Shown here: positions 29,680 to 38,849 of the stretch, piece after piece
How the letters are laid out: each line of letters opens with the position of its first letter
Position numbering within the stretch: position 1 is the first letter of the stretch
Sequence record: PZ583739.1
Length of the DNA: 64,000 nt
Source: a phage
Direction: 5' to 3' (one strand)
Position numbers and translations under genes: made by a program
Notes under the pieces: model-generated
Databases searched by the model: none
Told to the model about the DNA's origin: nothing
The model's input: the letters and a program-made list of their open reading frames with translations, nothing else

Positions 29680-30426
29680 ATGATTTTGTCCGGAAGAACT
29701 ATTGATGAACTCAATGAAAAAGTCCAGGCCGCCTTGGCTGATAATTGGTATTTGTTTGGTTCTACTGTGGTGTTGCCAAATACACCTACGGATAGCAAAG
29801 AACGTTTTTTCCAAACTATGTCCAACTCGGAAACTCAGATACCGGGCCCGCCTGGACCAAAAGGAGAACCGGGTGTGTCCGGGCCCAAAGGAGACCCAGG
29901 CGGGGCTGGAAAATCTTCTTATCAGATATGGCTTGACTTGGGGAATACAGGAACTGTTGATGATTTTTTAACTGATACAGCGGGAAAGAGGGAAAAATCC
30001 GAGGTGTTTTGGAGTGGTATAAACGTTCTATTAACTAATGGTGCGACTTCAAACATAATTAGTATTTTAAAGGGGATTCCGCCGACAGCAGGGACTCTAT
30101 CTCCGTTTTTTAGAACCGCTGATGATAAGTTGTGGCCATATAACCAAGACAGAAGCCTAATGTTTAAACTCAACCTTATTGGTAATTTTACAGGAGCCTC
30201 GCAAGCTCGAAGTATAACATTAAATTTCGTTGGAACCAACGGAAACACTTATATACAGAATCGTCCGGAAAATGCTACAGATATTTTGTCTTTTACGACG
30301 TTCTTTAGCATTGATAAAGATGGGGCAATGGCAACCAATGGTACAGCTATAACTGTTACGCCAAATGGCGGCAACTTTACAATAACCTCTGCATTGTTAG
30401 TAGCCGAACAAACAGTGACTTCGTAA
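29680..30426 (+). CDS. Collagen-repeat fibre-like protein, 248 aa, on the opposite strand to its neighbours
   Basis: Strong RBS AAAGGAGAAAG 7 nt before ATG; seven Gly-X-Y triplets (GPPGPKGEPGVSGPKGDPGGAG) followed by KSSYQIWLDLGNTGTVDDFL, a motif I associate with phage tail-fibre proteins; Asn/Thr/Gly-rich C-terminus. Confidence 0.6.
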   Translation: MILSGRTIDELNEKVQAALADNWYLFGSTVVLPNTPTDSKERFFQTMSNSETQIPGPPGPKGEPGVSGPKGDPGGAGKSSYQIWLDLGNTGTVDDFLTDTAGKREKSEVFWSGINVLLTNGATSNIISILKGIPPTAGTLSPFFRTADDKLWPYNQDRSLMFKLNLIGNFTGASQARSITLNFVGTNGNTYIQNRPENATDILSFTTFFSIDKDGAMATNGTAITVTPNGGNFTITSALLVAEQTVTS

Positions 30427-30448
30427 ACAAAAAAGGGCCAGATGGCCC
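30427..30448 (-). terminator. Rho-independent terminator (hairpin may also stop the plus-strand gene)
   Basis: GGGCCagauGGCCC hairpin with U6 on minus strand; lies between converging genes 29680-30426 (+) and 30449-30688 (-). Confidence 0.5.
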
Positions 30449-30688
30449 TTAGATTGCACTCCAAAAATTATGGAATCTTATAGTATTGATAGCCCAGTTA
30501 GCAAACCTGCGAGTTTGCTTGGAAGTTGGTTTGCATGTGTACTTGATATTGACCCGACGACCAGTTTCACGACAGACTGCTTCGAGATACCAGCGGCGAC
30601 CTTTATGAGGTCTTCCATATGATAAGAAGACCTTGATTTCCTGGTTATCGATAATAAGAGTTGTGGTTGTCAAGATATACCTCTTCAA
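30449..30688 (-). CDS. Hypothetical basic protein, 79 aa
   Basis: ORF downstream of nucleotidyltransferase gene. Confidence 0.35.
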   Translation of the reverse strand: MKRYILTTTTLIIDNQEIKVFLSYGRPHKGRRWYLEAVCRETGRRVNIKYTCKPTSKQTRRFANWAINTIRFHNFWSAI

Positions 30689-31655
30689 CGAACTTGTTCC
30701 AGAACTTCATGTCCACCTTCTCAGGCATACCGTTCTTATGAGCCTGGATGGCCAGGACTTCGACTTCATCGACAGTATTTTCCAACAGGCCTTGGACGAC
30801 TTTGAAAGGCATATCGCCAGCTTTGATTGCTTTAATAATAGAAGCGTTTTTGAGCGGATAAACCAGGTCACCAGTTTGATAGATTTCCTTCAACTGGTAT
30901 CCAGCACGATAAGCATGGCTCAGAGCTTTCCAGTCAATACCTTCATTGGCTTCAGCCTTACGAGCACGTTCACCATATTCTGCATCGAGCTTATTCAGAG
31001 ATTGCTTAAGCTCAATTAAAGACAGGGTGGTTTGGTACTTACGTCCAAGAACAGTATAGAACGTTTGAGGGCCTGTTTTCTCATGATTATGGAATACCCA
31101 TTCACAGAACTCATTTTCAGGGAGTCTGTGTTTGATATCTTCTACCTTAGTTCGACGTTGCTTAGTTGAACCGTCTTCTTGATAATCAACCCACTGTTCA
31201 GGAATCTGGTTAACGATTGCCAGTACACCACGTAGAGCGGCCAATCGAGAACCTTTAACACCATATTTGGAAGCTTGCTTACGGACATAACCCAAATAGG
31301 CTTTCATGTTAGTTGTATAGAACCGTGAACGGTTATCCTGGATAAACTTCCATACATCTGGTAAATCGGATTTGACAACCAGGTCAGCCGGGGTGTGAAT
31401 CATATCCAGAGCAACGGTTTCGCCTTCGGCCGCCAGTTTAAAGAAATATTTCAGACTATAAAGTTCATGGTCAACATCATCTTTTGTATTTTTGGTGGCC
31501 GTGTTATTCGTGTTCAGGTTGGTATGGTTCATCGCCGTCCCAAGTAGAATATCACGAGGATGTGGAACAAAGATTTCTTTAAAATCGACATCAGATTCTG
31601 AGGTACTTGTTCCATAAAGGTGGCTACCGAAGTAGCCTTTCATAACTGTTCTCAT
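30645..31655 (-). CDS. Predicted Pol-beta-superfamily nucleotidyltransferase, 336 aa
   Basis: Start trimmed to ATG at 31655 with RBS GAGGA; N-terminal GSHLYGTSTSESDVDF fits the GS-x(9-13)-DxD NTase signature. Confidence 0.55.
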   Translation of the reverse strand: MRTVMKGYFGSHLYGTSTSESDVDFKEIFVPHPRDILLGTAMNHTNLNTNNTATKNTKDDVDHELYSLKYFFKLAAEGETVALDMIHTPADLVVKSDLPDVWKFIQDNRSRFYTTNMKAYLGYVRKQASKYGVKGSRLAALRGVLAIVNQIPEQWVDYQEDGSTKQRRTKVEDIKHRLPENEFCEWVFHNHEKTGPQTFYTVLGRKYQTTLSLIELKQSLNKLDAEYGERARKAEANEGIDWKALSHAYRAGYQLKEIYQTGDLVYPLKNASIIKAIKAGDMPFKVVQGLLENTVDEVEVLAIQAHKNGMPEKVDMKFWNKFVEEVYLDNHNSYYR

Positions 31656-32104
31656 TTTTTGTCCTCGAAGTGGATTACAGGACACATCTTAGATTTACGA
31701 GCTTTAATGTATTGAATAACGATGTTTTCTTTAGTTTCCTTTCCTTCACGTTTGGCTAGAATACGTTGCCATTCCTTTTCTTCTTTATGTAAATCATACC
31801 AGGACCATAAATTCATTAGACCATACATTAAACCAAATGCTACCGCCAGAATAAGAGCCAGTGTAGCTAGTCCTAAAATAAACCCTAAGCCTAAACCGAC
31901 CGGGGTGCTTAATACAAAGAAATGCTCTAATACACCAGCCCCAGCGACAGTTAATCCAAAACCCATACTACCTGCAGCAACAGCACAAACAAAACAGGCC
32001 CAAACCATTTTCCAGAAATAAGCACACAATGAGTGTGGGCGAGAATTGCGGTCATAAAATTTATCGTGGAAACGAGCATGCCAAGAGTTTGTATTGATAA
32101 TCAT
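31652..32104 (-). CDS. Multi-pass membrane protein, 150 aa
   Basis: Three or four hydrophobic helices (Gly/Ala/Leu-rich), charged C-terminal tail; stop overlaps NTase start. Confidence 0.45.
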   Translation of the reverse strand: MIINTNSWHARFHDKFYDRNSRPHSLCAYFWKMVWACFVCAVAAGSMGFGLTVAGAGVLEHFFVLSTPVGLGLGFILGLATLALILAVAFGLMYGLMNLWSWYDLHKEEKEWQRILAKREGKETKENIVIQYIKARKSKMCPVIHFEDKK

Positions 32105-32114
32105 AATATTTTCC

Positions 32115-32675
32115 TTAAGAGTTCATAGTTGGGATAACAGAGTTCAGATAAGAGACTAAAACTTTTAGCTCGTCTTTAGTAAATACCACTTCATTAAAAC
32201 CGTCGTGGGTCTGGGTCAGGGATAGCAAATCACGACCCTCGTGTTGATACACGGTTAATTCAGTATCATAATTCAGTTCTTCTTCATCACCTTCAAATGT
32301 TTCACTAGAACGAATCACCGCATCTTGACCAGGGACTTTCCATTCAACTTCTGGCTTGCATTCTTCCTGGAACAGTTTAAAAATACATTTAAAGAATTTA
32401 TCAGAATCGCTAATGCTCAGACATTTTTCATCTGTTTCAATATTAAACCCGCCATCGTGCTTATAAATGCGAGCGCATACATCATCGTTAATATCAAATA
32501 CACCACTAAAACTACCGTTAAGATATTCATCTTTATCCAAAACCTTTAAATCATAAAGCGGCTTGATATCTTGGATAGTCAGTACGATTTTATCGTCTTC
32601 TTGACAAAGCTCAATTGCGTTATTAACTACTTCAGCGGTCAGTTCGCCAAACAATTCAGTTGTTTCAATAATCAT
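32115..32675 (-). CDS. Hypothetical acidic protein, 186 aa
   Basis: ORF upstream of the membrane protein/NTase pair. Confidence 0.45.
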   Translation of the reverse strand: MIIETTELFGELTAEVVNNAIELCQEDDKIVLTIQDIKPLYDLKVLDKDEYLNGSFSGVFDINDDVCARIYKHDGGFNIETDEKCLSISDSDKFFKCIFKLFQEECKPEVEWKVPGQDAVIRSSETFEGDEEELNYDTELTVYQHEGRDLLSLTQTHDGFNEVVFTKDELKVLVSYLNSVIPTMNS

Positions 32676-32685
32676 TTTCTGTTCC

Positions 32686-32922
32686 TCAACGGTTATGTTT
32701 TAAAATACTATAAAGCGCTTCTACTTGGCTTGCATCCAGGTAAATAACATCATCATCTTGCTCAATGGAAATCCCACCAGTATTACCTTTAACAAAATTA
32801 CATTCGCACACTTCAACTGGGCGGTATACGTCACCAACTGGATGCTCAGGCTCCAGAACAATCACACCATTTTCAGAATTACCACTTGGGTCATATAAAC
32901 TCATCTCATGCTCCTGTGCCAA
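32686..32922 (-). CDS. Hypothetical protein, 78 aa
   Basis: Small ORF. Confidence 0.35.
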   Translation of the reverse strand: MAQEHEMSLYDPSGNSENGVIVLEPEHPVGDVYRPVEVCECNFVKGNTGGISIEQDDDVIYLDASQVEALYSILKHNR

Positions 32923-33158
32923 CAGTTTCGTGGCTCACGTTTAAAAATTTCATCATGCATTGATTGACAACCAACACAATATATCACACCTTTAATCGCT
33001 TGTCTCCGCGCTTCAGGAATTTTTTCGTCGCAGTCAAAACAGAATTCAGCAGACTCCCTTTCAACTGCAACTTGTGCTCTCGCATGGGTGATAGCGGCTT
33101 GGACAACCGCTTCCATCTCTAACTGTTCAGCACCATCTTTTGCAAATCCAACAGCCAT
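32901..33158 (-). CDS. Hypothetical zinc-ribbon protein, 85 aa
   Basis: CFDCD...CVGC motif pair. Confidence 0.4.
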   Translation of the reverse strand: MAVGFAKDGAEQLEMEAVVQAAITHARAQVAVERESAEFCFDCDEKIPEARRQAIKGVIYCVGCQSMHDEIFKREPRNCWHRSMR

Positions 33159-33340
33159 TATGCTTTCAACCCATTCAGATACTCAACCAATGCTGCTTTA
33201 GAATTCGCTAAATCTCGTTTACACTGCTCTATTCCGGAATATGAATAGCCTTCACAATGTTCTACTGCACTATCATAAGAATCGCGTTCAATAGTAGTAG
33301 CGAGTTTAAGGATTTGTTCAATCTGTTCAGTAGTTAACAT
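33158..33340 (-). CDS. Hypothetical protein, 60 aa
   Basis: Small ORF. Confidence 0.3.
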   Translation of the reverse strand: MLTTEQIEQILKLATTIERDSYDSAVEHCEGYSYSGIEQCKRDLANSKAALVEYLNGLKA

Positions 33341-33344
33341 AATA

Positions 33345-33581
33345 TCACCAGTATTTTTTGATGGTAGAAATTAATTCTTGGACTTGAGTAGTTTTCAGTT
33401 TACACCCGCAACCCTTTAGGGTGTCTTTAAGGAGCCATGGTTCCTTGAGCTCATCCTTTTCCAGGCGGATTCTATATCCGCGGTAATCAGCAAATATGCT
33501 TCTGTCATCAAATATCTTAATTTCAAGAATATGATTATTGGTTTCATATTCCAATGAAACCATGGTATTTGTAAGTTTCAT
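33345..33581 (-). CDS. Hypothetical protein, 78 aa
   Basis: Small ORF. Confidence 0.35.
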   Translation of the reverse strand: MKLTNTMVSLEYETNNHILEIKIFDDRSIFADYRGYRIRLEKDELKEPWLLKDTLKGCGCKLKTTQVQELISTIKKYW

Positions 33582-33784
33582 TATTCCACCACATATGATA
33601 ATGAGAAAATTGCTGATGAAAGATGGGTAGCATCTTCTTCACACAGTTCAAATGGAGCTTTCTGTAAGAGTTCAACCACTTCTTCATCAGTGGCACTGTC
33701 CATAAAGATTGCATAATCATTAAGATAGATAACAACCTCATCACCAGTATTAACTGCATCAATCTTGATATTTTTAATTCTCAT
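33581..33784 (-). CDS. Hypothetical protein, 67 aa
   Basis: ORF directly downstream of early promoter at 33813-33842. Confidence 0.35.
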   Translation of the reverse strand: MRIKNIKIDAVNTGDEVVIYLNDYAIFMDSATDEEVVELLQKAPFELCEEDATHLSSAIFSLSYVVE

Positions 33785-33812
33785 TGTGTTCTCCTCAGTA
33801 GTTGATGGGATA

Positions 33813-33842
33813 ATAGTACACCCTTTTTATGAGGATGTAAAC
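33813..33842 (-). promoter_or_regulatory. T4-type early promoter
   Basis: Minus strand: GTTTACA, ~17-18 nt, TACTAT, then TATCCC. Confidence 0.4.
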
Positions 33843-33851
33843 ACCCTAAAT

Positions 33852-33885
33852 GAAAAAAAAAGGTCCACCCGAAGGCAGACCTTTT
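33852..33885 (-). terminator. Rho-independent terminator with UUCG tetraloop
   Basis: Minus-strand RNA GGUCUGCC-UUCG-GGUGGACC followed by U9. Confidence 0.65.
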
Positions 33886-33888
33886 GAA

Positions 33889-34272
33889 TTACTCTAGTGT
33901 TAACAGATACTTAGTCTGAAAGAAAACTCCAACGATATCGTCCAGAGTCGATTGAATAGCCTTGGGTACAACTTTATAGACTCTTTCCGAGCTTTTAATC
34001 ATTTCATCTAAAAACAAAATTGTATCTTTCGGCAAGTCCGAGGCGGACGGTAATGCAGCTTTGTATTGTTTCCCGCTGTAACCTAACCATTGCTCACTGA
34101 ACTGGTCGAGTGGACCTTGGATTTCTGTGAAGTAGAAATCATAAGCTTTATGGCGGGCGTAACTTTTGGTTTCAAGATGGGCGGACTTAAAATAAGCCAA
34201 AGAGACTAACAACCACCCAATATATGAATCCACCTCAGACCCACGACCCGTTACGAAATCATCAAATTTCAT
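33889..34272 (-). CDS. Hypothetical protein, 127 aa
   Basis: ORF downstream of rI. Confidence 0.4.
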   Translation of the reverse strand: MKFDDFVTGRGSEVDSYIGWLLVSLAYFKSAHLETKSYARHKAYDFYFTEIQGPLDQFSEQWLGYSGKQYKAALPSASDLPKDTILFLDEMIKSSERVYKVVPKAIQSTLDDIVGVFFQTKYLLTLE

Positions 34273-34555
34273 CTTCCAATTTTACCTTCATTAATTTAGC
34301 GTACTCTCTCGCCGCAGCTTTACCATCGCTTTTGCAGGTAATTTCAGTTTCGCATTGGCTTTTGTTGTTCCATTCAGTCTTGATAAACGCCCAGAACTGT
34401 TCGGATTGGTGCACGCTTGGTTCTTTGAATTGCGAATAAATCTTCATCGCACTATCTGCATATTGGGTAAACTTCCCATCTGTTGCAGAGGACAGATTTG
34501 GACCTAAACAGCCCAGGATTATTAGACTTAATGAAAGTCCTCGAATAAGGTCCAT
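34262..34555 (-). CDS. rI: RI lysis-inhibition antiholin-like periplasmic protein
   Basis: 97 aa; N-terminal signal/anchor, then SEQFWAFIKTEW...C...C...YAKLMKVKLEDEI resembling T4 RI; adjacent to tk as in T4. Confidence 0.6.
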   Translation of the reverse strand: MDLIRGLSLSLIILGCLGPNLSSATDGKFTQYADSAMKIYSQFKEPSVHQSEQFWAFIKTEWNNKSQCETEITCKSDGKAAAREYAKLMKVKLEDEI

Positions 34556-34627
34556 AAGGACTCCTATTGTTGGTCATGATTACGCTTTGCAGCCTTAACA
34601 TAGCGGAATACTAGTTAGTAACTGTAT

Positions 34628-34903
34628 TTATAGACGTTTAAAATTAAAGCAGTACTCTGAAAATAAACCTGCAAAATTACGTTCAACCCAGACCCGTTGT
34701 TTTGGACTGGTAATCGTTGACAAATAGTATGCTTGTTGCAGGCTTATTCCGTTTTTATTAGGGCACTCTTTGTTGAACGAGTGATAGGTACTTGCAACGA
34801 TTTCGACTTCGCGCTCATACCTTTCCTGGTCCTGTTGCATAGGAACAAAAACCAAAACCAGGAATATCAAAATAGAGATATACGTCCAAACCTTGTATAC
34901 CAT
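34628..34903 (-). CDS. Hypothetical membrane-anchored protein, 91 aa
   Basis: N-terminal hydrophobic helix; between tk and rI. Confidence 0.4.
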   Translation of the reverse strand: MVYKVWTYISILIFLVLVFVPMQQDQERYEREVEIVASTYHSFNKECPNKNGISLQQAYYLSTITSPKQRVWVERNFAGLFSEYCFNFKRL

Positions 34904-34910
34904 GTGAACC

Positions 34911-35483
34911 TCAGCTTGTTAATTCGAGCCAATGTTTTCTGCACAAAGATACGTACGATTCATTCCCACCGACCAATACTTGCTCGCCGTCCTTTACAGC
35001 AGCACCGTCGATTACTCGAGCGGTCATGGTTGCTTTCCGGCCGCAATGACAGACGCCCTTTAATTCAACCAGTTTATCCGAAATAGCCAGAAGTCTGGCC
35101 GAACCGGGAAATAATTGACCCCGAAAATCTGTTCTTAGCCCGTAACACATAACGGGGATATTGTAATTATCAACCACTTGAGCTAACTGGTCAATTTGCT
35201 CTGGTAACAAAAATTGAGCTTCATCGACCAGGACACAATGGATATCCTTTTGAGACTCGGCCCATTTATAGAATTCAAACAGGTTCATGTCGGCCGTTAC
35301 CAGGTTTGCTTCCTGGCTAATACCGATGCGTGATTTAATTTCGCCTTCCGAGTCCCGATTATCAATAACAGGTTTTAGCAAAAGCACACTCATTCCACGC
35401 TCTTTATAGGAATAAGCTGCAGTCAGCAATGAAGCTGTTTTGCCTGCATTCATTGCTGCGTAATGATAAATTAAACTCGCCAT
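34911..35483 (-). CDS. tk: Thymidine kinase
   Basis: 190 aa; P-loop MNAGKT, ...VDEAQF..., C-terminal zinc-binding CHCGRKA...C. Confidence 0.95.
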   Translation of the reverse strand: MASLIYHYAAMNAGKTASLLTAAYSYKERGMSVLLLKPVIDNRDSEGEIKSRIGISQEANLVTADMNLFEFYKWAESQKDIHCVLVDEAQFLLPEQIDQLAQVVDNYNIPVMCYGLRTDFRGQLFPGSARLLAISDKLVELKGVCHCGRKATMTARVIDGAAVKDGEQVLVGGNESYVSLCRKHWLELTS

Positions 35484-35492
35484 ATCACCTTC

Positions 35493-35678
35493 TTAAAGCG
35501 TATTCACATAAGCTATTAATTCGTTTTCTTTCGCATCAAATCGATTGGCAAATTCTTCCTGATGGTCGGCATCTATCGGGCCATATTCATCATAAAAAGC
35601 ATTTGCTTCCGTATGCTCATCCAAAAGCTCATGGATAAGCTCAAATAATCTACTTTTCTGACTAATGCTTAAACTCAT
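35493..35678 (-). CDS. Hypothetical acidic protein, 61 aa
   Basis: Small ORF upstream of tk. Confidence 0.35.
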   Translation of the reverse strand: MSLSISQKSRLFELIHELLDEHTEANAFYDEYGPIDADHQEEFANRFDAKENELIAYVNTL

Positions 35679-35881
35679 TTCGGTTCCCCATATCGCACAA
35701 ATTTAGGATGTTCGCAATAACCAGAATGAAAACCTTCACCCTTATGATTAGAACATCCTTTATTAGAACAGTACCACCAGTAATCATATTCGCAATTCAT
35801 TTCATCATTGCATAAAGCTGCGATTACTGGCCATTCACATTTTTCACATTTGGCCGTTTTAAGAATTCGGGCTTGGCTCAT
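35675..35881 (-). CDS. Hypothetical Cys-rich protein, 68 aa
   Basis: CEKCEW...CNDEMNCEYDYWWYCSNKGC (zinc-binding-like). Confidence 0.4.
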   Translation of the reverse strand: MSQARILKTAKCEKCEWPVIAALCNDEMNCEYDYWWYCSNKGCSNHKGEGFHSGYCEHPKFVRYGEPK

Positions 35882-36332
35882 AATCCACCACTATTAAATC
35901 AATATCAGGAGTAAACATGTCGATTAATTTAGAAACCTTATCCCAATCGCCGCCAGCAATACCACAACCAATACGAGGAATATAAATTACCGGTTTAAAC
36001 AAAAGGGTTTCTGCCTGTAGATTTAATTCTATCATACAATTTACTAAAGCGCCATAATCAAGATTAGGGCCCGGTTCATATTGGGTGTACAAATTATAGC
36101 ACATACCAAACCCAGTAGGTTTATGTTTAAAAACAATAGACATATCACCGAGTTTTCCTCTGTAACCATAGTCGGTTGAGGTTTTATCTATTTCTAAAAC
36201 TTTTGGATAAGCCTTCGCCAACTGTCCAGCTACGCCAGAACCCATTGTGTGAAAGCAGTTGCAACCATGTGCAATAATATTGCCTTGAAGAAAGAGGGCG
36301 ACGATATCGCCCTTAATATACTGGGTAATCAT
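35859..36332 (-). CDS. Macro-domain protein (predicted ADP-ribose binding/hydrolase)
   Basis: 157 aa; GDIVALFLQGNIIAHGCNCFHTMGSGVAGQL resembles the macro-domain N-terminal core; Gly-rich loop GCGIAGGDW later. Confidence 0.6.
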   Translation of the reverse strand: MITQYIKGDIVALFLQGNIIAHGCNCFHTMGSGVAGQLAKAYPKVLEIDKTSTDYGYRGKLGDMSIVFKHKPTGFGMCYNLYTQYEPGPNLDYGALVNCMIELNLQAETLLFKPVIYIPRIGCGIAGGDWDKVSKLIDMFTPDIDLIVVDYEPSPNS

Positions 36333-36688
36333 TTAGAGTTCAATCCTCTATTATATGAATCCACTAACCTGTCAACCATACTGGTGCAGGCCGCCTTATA
36401 TTTTGCACTTGACAGAATGCAATCCATTTCAAATAGTTTCTTTTCATATTTGTTGGATAATACATTCTTTTTCAAAAGCGTATGTTCAACATCATTTTGG
36501 CCATCTTTATAGGCTGCGGTGAGCTTGGCACTGAACCGGATTACACAATCCACATTGCTTGATGCGCAATAATCTTTAGCCGTCCTCGTTGCATATTCTA
36601 CGATGCTGTTGTTGTCGTCGCTCTGTACTGAAGCTATTCCTCCCATGCTGAATACTAACCCTATGGCTAAAGTGATAACTCTTACCAT
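36329..36688 (-). CDS. Secreted hypothetical protein, 119 aa
   Basis: N-terminal signal peptide MVRVITLAIGLVFSMGGIASVQS. Confidence 0.45.
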   Translation of the reverse strand: MVRVITLAIGLVFSMGGIASVQSDDNNSIVEYATRTAKDYCASSNVDCVIRFSAKLTAAYKDGQNDVEHTLLKKNVLSNKYEKKLFEMDCILSSAKYKAACTSMVDRLVDSYNRGLNSK

Positions 36689-36690
36689 TT

Positions 36691-37233
36691 TTAATCCACC
36701 GTTTTTAATAGGCCTCGTGATTTTAAGTAGTTAGCTTTTTCTAGGACCTGTGAAGCATACGTATTACCAGCTTTCACATTCCATCCTGCGTTATATGATG
36801 ATAGTGTTTTTCTTATATCCCCCTTATGAATATTCAACCAGTATGAAAGCTCAATATAAGCCCAGCGCGCACTGTTCTCTCTCTTGCTTATCATCTTGAT
36901 TATTTCTTTATCTGTCATTGTCCACCCAACCTGTTTCACGCGTTCGCGCACGGTTGGAAGATAATTTTGGAATATACCATATGCATGATGCTTATCTTTA
37001 TTTAATCCAGTATTAACCCCAGCAGAACTTTCCTGCCAGGTTAAACCAGCCATGATATATCCCAAACCATTACGTTGGTGTGGATTTTCTTTGTACTTGC
37101 CATTTTTCTGGAACTGCTCTCCAAACGCATAAGCATATTGGAGGTTCCCCATTTGTTCATTACTGAAAGTAGGCTCTACGCTATGGGCAGACATACTAAC
37201 TGTCAATAGTAAGGTGGCGATTACTTTTTTCAT
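36691..37233 (-). CDS. Secreted lytic-transglycosylase-like protein (SLT fold), 180 aa
   Basis: Signal peptide MKKVIATLLLTVSMSAHS; GLTWQESS...AYGIFQ matches the family-1 SLT E-S...G-hydrophobic-x-Q pattern. Confidence 0.5.
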   Translation of the reverse strand: MKKVIATLLLTVSMSAHSVEPTFSNEQMGNLQYAYAFGEQFQKNGKYKENPHQRNGLGYIMAGLTWQESSAGVNTGLNKDKHHAYGIFQNYLPTVRERVKQVGWTMTDKEIIKMISKRENSARWAYIELSYWLNIHKGDIRKTLSSYNAGWNVKAGNTYASQVLEKANYLKSRGLLKTVD

Positions 37234-37243
37234 GAATTCCCCA

Positions 37244-37702
37244 TTAGATATAAATCACTTTTGTGCTAATTTTTCCTTCCAGACGATTAGAGTTAACAAA
37301 CGCCATACGACAACACATGGTCGGAGACTTCCCAGGAAGAGCTGGGTTAACTGTCATTCCTAACCATAGGTTCTTGTCTGTGATTTCCAGACGAAGTGGA
37401 CGGTAGTTCACATTCGGGTCAATTTGTGCTTCAACTTCCGGGAGCGGTTTCATCTCCAGGAATTCAACGATTTCTTTTACATGTGGTGTGATTTTTCCAA
37501 ACAAGTCAAAAACATATTGTTCATCAATTTCACGTTGGATTGCACGGTCCAACAGGTGCGGACTGTACTTAATGAAGAATGCCTCAAGGCCTGCTTCTTT
37601 ACAAGCCTTGTTGATAGCATTATTAATTTTGAGGAACTCCGTTTCAAAAATGCGACGAAGTTTATTGCGGCGAATGTAAACACTTGAATCGATAGTAGTC
37701 AT
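37244..37702 (-). CDS. regB: RegB endoribonuclease
   Basis: Trimmed to ATG at 37702 with RBS GGAG; MTTIDSSVYIRRNKLRRIFETEF...YSPHLLDRAIQREIDEQYVFDLF...CRMAFVNSNRL, collinear with T4 RegB (152 aa). Confidence 0.9.
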   Translation of the reverse strand: MTTIDSSVYIRRNKLRRIFETEFLKINNAINKACKEAGLEAFFIKYSPHLLDRAIQREIDEQYVFDLFGKITPHVKEIVEFLEMKPLPEVEAQIDPNVNYRPLRLEITDKNLWLGMTVNPALPGKSPTMCCRMAFVNSNRLEGKISTKVIYI

Positions 37703-37729
37703 GATTATCTCCTTTTGTTTGATGGGATA

Positions 37730-37758
37730 ATCATAACTCATTTCAACCTGCTTGTACA
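37730..37758 (-). promoter_or_regulatory. T4-type early promoter driving regB
   Basis: Minus strand: GTGTACA, 17 nt, TATGAT, then TATCCC. Confidence 0.5.
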
Positions 37759-38338
<580 letters not shown>

Positions 38339-38342
<4 letters not shown>

Positions 38343-38572
38343 TTCACTTCCTCGCCAGTTGCGATATCATATTCTACCAAACGAAGGCCTTCAGTCCAAC
38401 CTTGCACGGAGATATAGGTAGTCGGGTAAATCATTTCTTTACCATTCCACCGACCGCCATCCCAGACTTCCAGAAAGTCTTGTTCACCTGGCCCATTAAA
38501 CCATTCAACAAATCTTTTCAGAGCTTCATCAGAGCCTTCAATTGTCAATTTAGACATATTTTTTCCAGTCAC
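38339..38572 (-). CDS. Hypothetical protein, 77 aa
   Basis: Small ORF. Confidence 0.35.
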
Positions 38573-38849
38573 TAATTAATCGCACATCCTGGTCATAGGT
38601 CAGGAGGCTACGAGTGATAATACCCTTACACGGTCCAGAAATAAATTCCAGAGTAAAGTAAGGAACCAACTTCATCAAGCGAATACTCGGAGCAGTGCAA
38701 CGAAATCTGGACCCAATAAAAGGCCCAGACAAAAACACATACTCAAAGAAATTTGCTTTATTAAAGATTTCAAAATTCTTTACGAAATCTTCTGACCTAA
38801 CCTTTGGAATAAAATAGATTTGGTCAAAAAGCTCTTCATGGGTCATCAT
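38550..38849 (-). CDS. Hypothetical protein, 99 aa
   Basis: Small ORF. Confidence 0.35.
   Translation of the reverse strand: MMTHEELFDQIYFIPKVRSEDFVKNFEIFNKANFFEYVFLSGPFIGSRFRCTAPSIRLMKLVPYFTLEFISGPCKGIITRSLLTYDQDVRLISDWKKYV

Noticed and set aside
29922-30464. Minus-strand ORFs 29922-30248 and 30249-30464
   Set aside because: Antisense to the plus-strand collagen-repeat gene, which is longer, has a strong RBS and recognisable motifs.
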